Below are positions 38,375-46,896 of a stretch of DNA of 64,000 bases, piece by piece. This DNA is from Dehalococcoidia bacterium (GTDB taxonomy: Bacteria > Chloroflexota > Dehalococcoidia > UBA2979). Position 1 is the first letter of the stretch. Every line of letters begins with the position of its first letter. Location: the NCBI GenBank assembly GCA_965262725.1, contig OZ253555.1:1760001-1824000 (forward strand), read 5' to 3'. The notes beneath the pieces are model-generated. The model was not told the origin of the DNA. It saw only the letters and a list, made by a program, of their open reading frames with translations, and ran no database searches. The translations under genes were made by a program, and so were the position numbers.

Positions 38375-39349
38375 ATGCGAGCGATCCGCGTCCACGAGAC
38401 GGGCGGCCCCGAGGCCCTTCGCGCCGAGGAGCTGCCGAAGCCGGAGCCCGGTCCTGGCGAGGCGCTGGTCGCCGTCGCGGCGGCCGGCATCAACTTCATC
38501 GACATCTACCAGCGCTCGGGGCTCTACGCGCTGCCGCTGCCGTTCACGGCCGGATCGGAGGCCGCAGGGACGGTCGAGGCGGTCGGGGAGGGCGTCTCCG
38601 AGGTCGCGGTCGGCGACGCGGTCGCCTACTGCGGCGTGCTCGGCGCCTACGCCGAGTACGCGGTCGTGCCGGTGGATCGGCTGGTGCGCATTCCCGACGG
38701 CGTCACGCCCCACCAGGCGGCGGCGCTGATGCTGCAGGGGATGACCGCGCACTACCTCGCGGTGGACACCTTCCCGCTCTCGCGCGGCGACACGGCCCTC
38801 GTCCACGCCGCTGCCGGCGGCGTCGGCCTCCTGCTCACGCAGATCGCGAAGCGGCGCCAGGCGGTGGTCGTCGCCACCGTCTCCACGGAGGACAAGGCCG
38901 AGCTCGCCGTGCGCGCCGGCGCCGACCACGTCATCCTCTACCGCGACCGGGACTTCGTCGCCGAGGCAGAGCGGCTCGTTGGACCGCATACCGTCGACGT
39001 CGTCTACGACTCGGTGGGTAACGACACGCTCCGCGGCTCGATGCGCCTGCTCAGGCCGCGCGGGATGCTCGTCTCCTACGGCCAGGCGAGCGGACCGCCC
39101 GATCCCATCGAGACGCGTGAGCTCCAGGATGCAGGCAGCATCTTCCTCACGCGCCCCAGCCTCGCCCACTACATCGCTCGCCGCGACGAGCTCGAGCGGC
39201 GCTCGGCCGAGCTCCTCGGCTGGGTCGCGGACGGCGACCTCGCGCTGCGCATCGACCGCCAGCTTCCCCTCGACGAGGCGGCGGAGGCGCAGCGGCTGCT
39301 CGCCTCCCGCGCCACCGCCGGGAAGCTGCTCCTGGTGACCGGGCGGTAG
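38375..39349 (+). CDS. qor: Quinone oxidoreductase (zeta-crystallin type)
   Basis: [41 protein letters not shown]. Confidence 0.92.
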   Translation: MRAIRVHETGGPEALRAEELPKPEPGPGEALVAVAAAGINFIDIYQRSGLYALPLPFTAGSEAAGTVEAVGEGVSEVAVGDAVAYCGVLGAYAEYAVVPVDRLVRIPDGVTPHQAAALMLQGMTAHYLAVDTFPLSRGDTALVHAAAGGVGLLLTQIAKRRQAVVVATVSTEDKAELAVRAGADHVILYRDRDFVAEAERLVGPHTVDVVYDSVGNDTLRGSMRLLRPRGMLVSYGQASGPPDPIETRELQDAGSIFLTRPSLAHYIARRDELERRSAELLGWVADGDLALRIDRQLPLDEAAEAQRLLASRATAGKLLLVTGR

Positions 39350-39414
39350 ACAGCCCCGGCTGGGGGCTCTCGCGGCCTCAAGCGGCCGCTGGCAGCGCGG
39401 GGTATCCTCTGTCG

Positions 39415-40302
39415 GTGAGCGAACTGAGCATTCTCGAGCGCCCGGAGCTCCGCCGGCCGCTGCTGATCACGGCCTTCGCCGGGTGGAACGACGCGGGCAG
39501 CTCCGCCACCGGGGTGATCCGCCATCTGCTCAGGCGCTGGCGCTGCGAGACGCTCGCCGAGATCGACCCCGAGCCCTACTACGACTTCACGCAGGCCCGT
39601 CCGACGGTCCGGATCGTCGACGGCGAGCGGGTCATCGAGTGGCCGCGGAACCGCTTCTCGTGGCGGACGCTGGAGGGCGGCGATCGCGATCTGATCCTCT
39701 TCTCCGGCATCGAGCCGCACACCGGCTGGCGCGGCTACGTCGGCTGCCTCATGGAGCTGTGCCGGGTCTTCGACGTCTCGGGCGTGATCACGCTCGGGGC
39801 CCTGCTGGCGGAGGTGAGCCACGCGCGACCGGTGCCGCTGCTCGGCTCCTCGGCGGATGACTACCTGGCTCGCCGCCTCGACCTGGGCGCGCAGGGCGCG
39901 AGCGGGTACGAGGGCCCCACGGGCGTGGTCGGCGTGCTCTCGCAGGCCGTGCGCGAGGCCGGGGTCGCCTCCGCCTCGCTGTGGGCGAGCGTGCCGTTCT
40001 ACGTGAACGCGTCGCCGAACCCCAAGGGTGCCCTCGCGCTCCTGGAGCGCCTCAACGACGGCCTTGAGCTCAAGCTCTCACTGCACGATCTGGAGGTCTT
40101 CGCCGCCCGCTTCGATGCGCAGGTGCAGGCGGAGGTGGAGAAGGATCCGCAGATGGTGGAGTACGCGCGCCGCATCGAGGAGCAGCTCGACTCCGCGGAG
40201 GACGGGACGGGCTCCACCCCCACTCCCCCTGCCGAGCTGCCGGACGCGGCGTCGATGGTGGAGGAGCTCGAGCGCTTCCTGCGCGAGCAGCGCGATAGCT
40301 GA
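39415..40302 (+). CDS. PAC2 family (proteasome assembly chaperone-like) protein
   Basis: AFAGWNDAG, D....YDF...RP, G.EP...W, YEGPTG..G, LWA.VP.Y. Confidence 0.88.
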   Translation: MSELSILERPELRRPLLITAFAGWNDAGSSATGVIRHLLRRWRCETLAEIDPEPYYDFTQARPTVRIVDGERVIEWPRNRFSWRTLEGGDRDLILFSGIEPHTGWRGYVGCLMELCRVFDVSGVITLGALLAEVSHARPVPLLGSSADDYLARRLDLGAQGASGYEGPTGVVGVLSQAVREAGVASASLWASVPFYVNASPNPKGALALLERLNDGLELKLSLHDLEVFAARFDAQVQAEVEKDPQMVEYARRIEEQLDSAEDGTGSTPTPPAELPDAASMVEELERFLREQRDS

Positions 40303-40494
40303 CGTGCGTCGAGCGGCTGCCACAGCGGGGCATCGCCGCCGCGCCCGTGGCGAGACGGGATGAGGCAGCGGGCGGTGCTCGCCTCCGCCGCCTGACGTCC
40401 GCACTCCAGACCTGCAATTCCGGGATGCCAGCCTGCATGATTGCGCGGCTGCTAGACTTCGCGCGACGAAGCGGCACACCCGGGGAGGTGACGT

Positions 40495-41004
40495 GTGGCT
40501 GTCCAGCTGATCGTGGCCCATCAGACGGCGGAGAGCCCGGAGCTCATTAATCATGTTCGCGAGGTGATCGCCGCGGACCCCGAGGCGGAGTTCGTTCTCC
40601 TGGTCCCGGCGACGCCCGCCCGCGAGCTTCGCACCGGCGAGACCGGACGCGGCCAGGCGATCGCCGGCATCAGGGGAGGCAGCGCTGCCGCGCTCCTGCG
40701 AGCGGCCGGCGTGCGCGTGCGTCGCGTGGCGGTCGGGGACCGCGATCCGGTCACGGCAGCCGGGGCGGAAGTCGAGGCCCATCCCGGCGAGTACGCGGGC
40801 GTGGTCGTGGTGACGCTCCCTCCGGGCTTCTCGCGCTGGCTGCGGCGCGATCTCCCTCACCAGGTGGAGAGCCGCGTCGGACTCCCGGTCACCCATGTCG
40901 TCGCGCATTCGGCCGGCGGCGAGCCACGCCCGGCGGGCGAGGAGCATCCGCTGAGCAAGAGCGCGGCCGTTCAGGAGTTCCTGCAGGAGACGCAGTGGCG
41001 GTAG
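40495..41004 (+). CDS. Hypothetical protein (USP-like fold)
   Basis: GGAGG RBS; IVA.QT....L, LLVPA, GD.DP..A, TLP.G.SRWL..DL pattern. Confidence 0.7.
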   Translation: MAVQLIVAHQTAESPELINHVREVIAADPEAEFVLLVPATPARELRTGETGRGQAIAGIRGGSAAALLRAAGVRVRRVAVGDRDPVTAAGAEVEAHPGEYAGVVVVTLPPGFSRWLRRDLPHQVESRVGLPVTHVVAHSAGGEPRPAGEEHPLSKSAAVQEFLQETQWR

Positions 41005-41199
41005 TCGGCCCCGCCTCCGGCAGATCGTGGTTGGTTCGCCGGGCGCGCCGCTTGCGGTAGGGCCGCCGGTGCCCGGGCTGGAGGATGCCGTTCGCTCGCG
41101 GGCGGATCGCCCACCTGGCCCGCCCGCGCCGGGGTACGGCGACCGCCGTCGGCCCTTGCCCCCTCGGTCGGTGATGCTACCCTAGGGCCACGACGACAC

Positions 41200-41245
41200 G
41201 AGCGTGTCTTTAAGGCCGGTCCGGCGAGGCCGGGAAGGGACGCAG
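41200..41245 (+). promoter_or_regulatory. PyrR-binding RNA element (anti-antiterminator)
   Basis: CTTTAA...GGTCCGGCGAGGCCGGGAAGG matches the PyrR site pattern CUUUAA..RGUCCNGNGAGGCU..AAGG; lies upstream of pyrR. Confidence 0.85.
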
Positions 41246-41301
41246 CATGAGCCTCCACATCTGCGCACCTTTCGCGTCCGCTCGCGTGGGCGCCGCCAGC
41301 A

Positions 41302-41334
41302 GGCCCTCTCGCCCCGTCGAGAGGGTTCTTTTTT
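41302..41334 (+). terminator. Attenuator terminator of the pyr leader
   Basis: GGCCCTCTCG-loop-CGAGAGGGTT stem followed by a T run. Confidence 0.85.
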
Positions 41335-41376
41335 GCGGTGACCTCCTGACGCCGCCGGCGATCGGAGGTCGCGCCG

Positions 41377-41958
41377 ATGAATGACCCGATCACGACGCCG
41401 GCCGCCTCCGCGGAGCCAGCCAGCTCGCTTCTGCTCGACTCCGGCGGCGTTCGCCGCACCATCACCCGCATGGCGCACGAGATCGCGGAGCGCAACGAGG
41501 GCGTGCGCGACATCGTGCTGGCGGGCGTGCATCGCCGGGGCGTCCCGCTGGCGCGGCGCCTGGCCGAGGAGATCGAGCGCTTCGCGAACGTGCGTCCGCT
41601 CCTCGGCTCGCTCGACGTGACGATGCACCGTGACGACTTCGCCGCGCGCGGCCTGCGCAGCGAGCCGCGCGAGAGCGCGCTCCCCGACGTGGAGGGACGC
41701 ATCGTCGTGCTGGTCGACGACGTGCTCTACACGGGGCGCACCGTCCGCGCCGCGCTCGACGCGCTCACCGACTTCGGGCGGCCGAGCACCGTGCGCCTCG
41801 CCGTCCTCGTCGACCGGGGGCACCGCGAGCTCCCGATCCGCGCCGACATCGTCGGTAAGAACATTCCCACGGCCCGCGGTGACTCCGTCCGCGTCCTGCT
41901 CGCGGAGGAGGACGGCTGCGACGCCGTGCTCGTGCTGTCGGGGAGGAGCCAGCGATGA
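41377..41958 (+). CDS. pyrR: Pyrimidine operon regulator / UPRTase PyrR
   Basis: RMAHEIAERN, LD.T..RDD, LVDDVLYTGRT.RAA, DRGHRELPIRAD.VGKN. Confidence 0.96.
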   Translation: MNDPITTPAASAEPASSLLLDSGGVRRTITRMAHEIAERNEGVRDIVLAGVHRRGVPLARRLAEEIERFANVRPLLGSLDVTMHRDDFAARGLRSEPRESALPDVEGRIVVLVDDVLYTGRTVRAALDALTDFGRPSTVRLAVLVDRGHRELPIRADIVGKNIPTARGDSVRVLLAEEDGCDAVLVLSGRSQR

Positions 41959-43067
41959 CCGCCCAGCTGCCCGGGAGCGCCGCGCGCGCGACGAAAGACG
42001 CCGAGCAGCGCGGTCTCCACGCCACGACCGTGACAGAGGCGCCGGCCGGCCCCGCCGTCGGGGAGGCGGAGAGCCCGCCCCCCGGGCCCGTCTGGAGCCA
42101 GCGCCACCTGCTCGACCTCGACGTCGTCTCGCCCGCCGAGATCGACTCCGTTCTCACGCTCGCCGACCGGATGCTGGAGATACTGGAGCGCCGCATCGCG
42201 CGCGTCCCCGCGCTCCGTGGATTCACCGTCTTCACGCTCTTCTACGAGCCCTCCACCCGCACGCGCGCCTCCTTCGAGCTCGCCGGGAAGGTGCTGGGCG
42301 CCGACGTGGTGAACGTGAGCCCGCAGAGCGCCTCCGTCCAGAAGGGCGAGTCGCTCGTCGACACGGTGCGCACGCTCTCCGCGATGGAGGCGAACGCGAT
42401 CGTGATGAGGCATGGGAGCGCCGGCGCCCCCTACCTGGCCGCGCGGCACTCCGACGCCTCGATCGTGAACGCGGGGGACGGGGCGCATGCGCATCCGACG
42501 CAGGCGCTGCTCGACCTCTTCACGATCCGCCGCCAGCTCGGCGGCGTTGCCGGCCGGCGCATCGTGATGATCGGCGACATCGCCCACTCCCGCGTGGCGC
42601 GCTCCGACATCTGGGGGCTCACCGCCATGGGGGCGGAGGTCGTGATCTGCGGCCCGCCGACGCTGCTCCCGAGGGGGCTGCGGGCCGGCGCGCGGCCGGC
42701 TCACGCCGCCGAGGCGCTGCCGACGGTGCGCGTCGAGACCGACATTCGCCGCGCCATCGCGGGAGCCGATGTCGTGATGGCGCTCAGGCTCCAGGCCGAG
42801 CGCCAGCAGGGAGGCCTGCTCCCCTCCCTCCGTGAGTACGCCCGGCTCTACCAGGTCACGGCGGAGCGCTTCGCGCTGGCGCGGCCGGGCGCGCTGCTGA
42901 TGCACCCCGGACCGAAGAACGAGGGCGTGGAGATAGCCTCCGACATCGCCTCGGGCGATCACTCCATCATCGAGCGTCAGGTCACCAACGGCGTCGCGGT
43001 GCGGATGGCGCTGCTCTACCTCCTCTCCGGCCGCAGCGTGCCGCAGGCGTCGGAGGTGGGCCCGTGA
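41955..43067 (+). CDS. pyrB: Aspartate carbamoyltransferase catalytic subunit
   Basis: FYEPSTRT, KGESL.DT, NAGDG.H.HPTQALLD, HSRVARS, HPGP. Confidence 0.96.
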   Translation: MTAQLPGSAARATKDAEQRGLHATTVTEAPAGPAVGEAESPPPGPVWSQRHLLDLDVVSPAEIDSVLTLADRMLEILERRIARVPALRGFTVFTLFYEPSTRTRASFELAGKVLGADVVNVSPQSASVQKGESLVDTVRTLSAMEANAIVMRHGSAGAPYLAARHSDASIVNAGDGAHAHPTQALLDLFTIRRQLGGVAGRRIVMIGDIAHSRVARSDIWGLTAMGAEVVICGPPTLLPRGLRAGARPAHAAEALPTVRVETDIRRAIAGADVVMALRLQAERQQGGLLPSLREYARLYQVTAERFALARPGALLMHPGPKNEGVEIASDIASGDHSIIERQVTNGVAVRMALLYLLSGRSVPQASEVGP

Positions 43068-44413
43068 CGACGCTCGCCATCCACAACGGCCGCGTGATCG
43101 ACCCGGCGCTCGGCCGGGACGGCATCGCCGACGTCGTGATCGTCGACGGCCGCGTCGCGCGTGTCGGGCCCGGCGAGGGGGAGATGGTCGTCGAGGCGGA
43201 GCGCATCGACGCCACCGGGCTCGTCGTCGCCCCCGGCTTCGTCGACCTGCACTGCCACCTCAGGGAACCCGGCTTCGAGTACAAGGAGACGATCGCCTCC
43301 GGCACGCGCGCCGCCGCGCGCGGCGGCTTCACGACTCTCTGCGCCATGCCGAACACCGAGCCGCCGCTCGACTCGCGGGCGGCCGTGGAGTCGGTGCTGA
43401 AGGAGGTCGAATCCTCCGCCCTCGTGCGGGTGCTCCCGGTGGGCTGCATCACGCGCGGCCGCGCCGGGCGCGAGCTCGCGCCGGCCGGGGAGCTCGTCGC
43501 GAGCGGCGTCGTCGCGCTCTCCGACGACGGGGACGCCGTCTCCGATCCCCACGTGATGCGGCAGGCGCTCTCCTACTCGACGGCGTTCGGGCTCCCGATC
43601 GCGCAGCACTGCGAGGATCCGGGGCTCGTGCGAGACGGGCAGATGCACGAGGGCTGGGTCGCCACCAGGCTCGGCCTCCGGGGCCGCCCGGCGAGCGCCG
43701 AGGAGACGCTCGTCGCGCGCGACATCGCGCTCGCCGAGCAGAGCGGCGCCCACCTGCACGTGGCGCACATCTCCACCGCGGGCGCGGTCGCGCTGGTGCG
43801 GGCGGCCCGGGCGCGCGGGGCCCACGTCACCGCCGAGGTGACGCCCCACCACCTGACGCTCACCCACGAGGCCGTCGCCTTCCGCCCGGGCGGTCGCTAT
43901 CGGGAGCTGCACTACGACACCCACGCCAAGGTGAATCCGCCGCTGCGCGAGGAGGCGGACGTGGACGCCTGCGTCGACGCGCTGCGCGAGGGCGTGATCG
44001 ACGCGGTCGCGACCGACCACGCGCCGCACGCCGGCAGCGACAAGGAGATCGAGTTCGACCTGGCCGCTCCGGGCATCAGCGGGCTCGAGACCGCCTTCGG
44101 GCTCCTGATGTCGCTGGTGCATCGGGGCGCGCTGACGCTCCCCGAGCTCGTGGAGCGCCTCACGGTCGGCCCGGCGCGGGCCTGGAGGCTCGACGAGCGC
44201 CCGGGGCTTGAGGGGCTCGGCACGCTGGCGCCGGGCGCCGTGGGGGACGCCGTGGTGCTCGACCCGGAGGCGTCGTGGCTGGTCGATCCCGACCGCTTCG
44301 CCTCGCTCGGGCGCAATACCCCCCTCGCCGGCCGGAGCCTGCGCGGCCGCGTCGCCGCGACGGTCTTCGCGGGACGCCTCGTCCACCGGCTCGACGCGGT
44401 GGGCGTCCTCTGA
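43064..44413 (+). CDS. pyrC: Dihydroorotase
   Basis: DLHCHLREPG, MPNT.P, EVTPHH, KVNPPLR, ATDHAPH. Confidence 0.95.
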   Translation: MTTLAIHNGRVIDPALGRDGIADVVIVDGRVARVGPGEGEMVVEAERIDATGLVVAPGFVDLHCHLREPGFEYKETIASGTRAAARGGFTTLCAMPNTEPPLDSRAAVESVLKEVESSALVRVLPVGCITRGRAGRELAPAGELVASGVVALSDDGDAVSDPHVMRQALSYSTAFGLPIAQHCEDPGLVRDGQMHEGWVATRLGLRGRPASAEETLVARDIALAEQSGAHLHVAHISTAGAVALVRAARARGAHVTAEVTPHHLTLTHEAVAFRPGGRYRELHYDTHAKVNPPLREEADVDACVDALREGVIDAVATDHAPHAGSDKEIEFDLAAPGISGLETAFGLLMSLVHRGALTLPELVERLTVGPARAWRLDERPGLEGLGTLAPGAVGDAVVLDPEASWLVDPDRFASLGRNTPLAGRSLRGRVAATVFAGRLVHRLDAVGVL

Positions 44414-44468
44414 TGTCCGCACCCCCGGGAGCAGCGCCGGCGGTCTCCTCGCCCGGGGGCCGGCCGTG

Positions 44469-45623
44469 ATGGCGGTGCCGCTGCCTGCCGCGCCGCGCGC
44501 GGCGGCCCGGCTCGTGCTCGCCGACGGCCGCGTCTTCGAGGGCGAGGCGGTAGGCGCCGACGGGCGCGCGACGGGCGAGGTCGTCTTCACCACCTCGATG
44601 ACCGGCTACCAGGAGGCGCTGACCGACCCCTCCTACGGCGGCCAGGTGCTCGTCATGACCTACCCGCTGCAGGGCAACTACGGCGTGAACGCGGTCGACT
44701 CCGAGAGCGCTCGCATCCAGGTGCGCGGCTTCGTGGTGCGCGAGCTCACCGACCTGCCCTCGCACTGGCGCTCGCGCGGCACGCTCGACGACTACCTGAA
44801 GGAGAACGGCGTGCCCGGGATCGCCGGCATCGACACCAGGGCCCTCACCCGCCATCTCCGCACCCGCGGGGTGCTGATGGGGACGGTGACGAGCGACGAG
44901 AGCGCCGAGGAGGCGCTCGCGCGGCTCCGCCGCACTCCCGACTACGCCGCGGGCGACTACGTCGCGGCGGTCTCCACGCGCGAGCCCTACGCCTTCCCCG
45001 CTGAGAGCGCCCCCGCCGAGGGGGCGCCCCACATCGTGATCGTCGACCTCGGCGTGAAGCGCAACATCCTGCGCATCCTGGCGGGCCGCGGCTGCCGGGT
45101 GACGACCGTGCCCCACACGGCGTCGTCCTCCGAGATCCGCCGGCTCGCCCCGGACGGGATCGTGCTCTCGCCGGGGCCGGGCGACCCGATGCTCCTCGAC
45201 GACGTCGTCCTCGCGACGCGGGAGCTGGTCGGAGCCTGCCCCATGCTCGGGATCTGCCTCGGGCACCAGGTACTGGGACGCGTCTTCGGGGCCAGAACCT
45301 ATAAGCTGCCGTTCGGGCACCGTGGGGCGAACCACCCGGTGCGCGACCTCCGGACGGGGCGCGTGTGGATCACGTCGCAGAACCACGGATTCGCCGTCGA
45401 CGGCGCGGAGCTCGCGCCGGAGATGCGCGTGGAGCAGCAGCACCTCAACGACGGCACGGTCGAGGGCCTGGTGCACGCGGAGCTGCCCATCTTTACGATC
45501 CAGTATCACTCGGAGGCATCTCCGGGGCCGCACGACACGGAGTTCTTGTTCGATCGCTTCCTCGCCTCGGTCCGAGGCGGCGGGGCGCTCGCGGCGGTGG
45601 GTGAGCGGGCGGGGGGAGCGTGA
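44469..45623 (+). CDS. carA: Carbamoyl-phosphate synthase small subunit
   Basis: GEVVF.T.MTGYQE.LTDPSY, SPGPGDP, GICLGHQ, SQNHGF, QYH.EASPGP. Confidence 0.96.
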   Translation: MAVPLPAAPRAAARLVLADGRVFEGEAVGADGRATGEVVFTTSMTGYQEALTDPSYGGQVLVMTYPLQGNYGVNAVDSESARIQVRGFVVRELTDLPSHWRSRGTLDDYLKENGVPGIAGIDTRALTRHLRTRGVLMGTVTSDESAEEALARLRRTPDYAAGDYVAAVSTREPYAFPAESAPAEGAPHIVIVDLGVKRNILRILAGRGCRVTTVPHTASSSEIRRLAPDGIVLSPGPGDPMLLDDVVLATRELVGACPMLGICLGHQVLGRVFGARTYKLPFGHRGANHPVRDLRTGRVWITSQNHGFAVDGAELAPEMRVEQQHLNDGTVEGLVHAELPIFTIQYHSEASPGPHDTEFLFDRFLASVRGGGALAAVGERAGGA

Positions 45624-46084
45624 TGGCGACGGTCAGGCGTGCAGAGGCTGAAGACGCCGCGGCGATCTCGGCGATCATCGGGGAGATCCTGGGGGAGGGC
45701 CTCGCGATCTCGTTCGAGCGCGCGCTCGACCCGGGCGAGGTGGCGACGTTGATCGAGCGCCAGGGGAGCGCCGGCGCGACGTTCGTCGCCGAGGAGGGCG
45801 GCGCCGTCGTCGCCTTCGGCTCCGTCGATCCTGGTCCCGCCGACCCGGGCGAGTGCGCCCTCGGCTCGTGGGTGCGCCGCGAGCAGCGCCGTCGCGGCAT
45901 CGGCACCGCCCTCGCGGAGGTCGCGCTCGCCTTCGCGCGCGAGCAGGGCTACCGGCGCATCCGGGGCCGGCTCCCGGGCGGCAACGAACCAGCGCTCTCC
46001 TACCTCTCGGCGATCGGCGCCCTGGTCCCCCTCACCAACCCCGGCGCCACCTTCGAGCTCCCGCTCTACCCGGAGCCGTCGTGA
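45620..46084 (+). CDS. GNAT family acetyltransferase
   Basis: RRRGIGTAL acetyl-CoA motif; overlaps carA by GTGA. Confidence 0.78.
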   Translation: MMATVRRAEAEDAAAISAIIGEILGEGLAISFERALDPGEVATLIERQGSAGATFVAEEGGAVVAFGSVDPGPADPGECALGSWVRREQRRRGIGTALAEVALAFAREQGYRRIRGRLPGGNEPALSYLSAIGALVPLTNPGATFELPLYPEPS

Positions 46085-46896
46085 GCGACGCCTACCCGCC
46101 GCCGTATCTCCCGGGCGAGGAGGAGGAGGCCGGCTGGGCCGGCCCCGACGGGGCGCTCGAGAGCGCCGCCGAGTACCGGGCGCGCCGCGACCGGGACTGG
46201 GAGCGCTTGCTTGGGGGCGCGGGCCCGCTTCCGGACTTCTGGGAGCGCTACGCCGAGCGTTCGCACGGCTGGCGGCAGTGGATCGCCTTCCTGCAGCCGC
46301 TGGGGAAGGAGCGCCCGGATCTCTTCGCTCCGCTGGAGCCGCTCTTCGAGCGCCTGCGAGCCGCCGGGGGCGTGGAGATCCCCCCGGTCGAGTACCTGCA
46401 CACGACCGCGATCCAGGTCGGCTGGATGATGGCTTCGGACGTGATGTGGTCGCAGGTGGAGTCGTTCTACGTGAACGCGTCGCCGCGCATCCACCGCATC
46501 GCCCCGTTCACCCTCCGCCTCGGCGGGATCTCCGTGACCGAGGAGACGCTCTACCTCGGCGTCGACGACGGCTATGCGCTGCGCGAGGTTCGCCGCCAGG
46601 TGGGGCTCGGTGTGCCGAAGGTGTCGCAGGTGATGCGCGGCGTCGACCCGCAGGTGACGCCACGCGGCGACCGCCTCATGCCGGTGATGCACCTCGCCCA
46701 TTTTGCCGGGGCCGACCGCCGAGCGGTCGCCAGCGCCGTCGAGGAGCTCCGCGACATCGAGCTCGGCGAGGTCGAGGTGACCCAGATCAAGATGGCGCGG
46801 ATGTCCCCCGATCCCGACATCCGCACGCCGGAGCCCGATGTGATCGCCGAGGTCGGCCTGCTCGGGGCGGCCTACCGGACGGGGTACCACAACTGA
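46081..46896 (+). CDS. Hypothetical protein, 2H-phosphoesterase (2'-5' RNA ligase)-like fold
   Basis: LHTT first motif, PFTLRLGG, degenerate second motif (PVMHLA); coupled to both neighbours. Confidence 0.6.
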   Translation: MSDAYPPPYLPGEEEEAGWAGPDGALESAAEYRARRDRDWERLLGGAGPLPDFWERYAERSHGWRQWIAFLQPLGKERPDLFAPLEPLFERLRAAGGVEIPPVEYLHTTAIQVGWMMASDVMWSQVESFYVNASPRIHRIAPFTLRLGGISVTEETLYLGVDDGYALREVRRQVGLGVPKVSQVMRGVDPQVTPRGDRLMPVMHLAHFAGADRRAVASAVEELRDIELGEVEVTQIKMARMSPDPDIRTPEPDVIAEVGLLGAAYRTGYHN

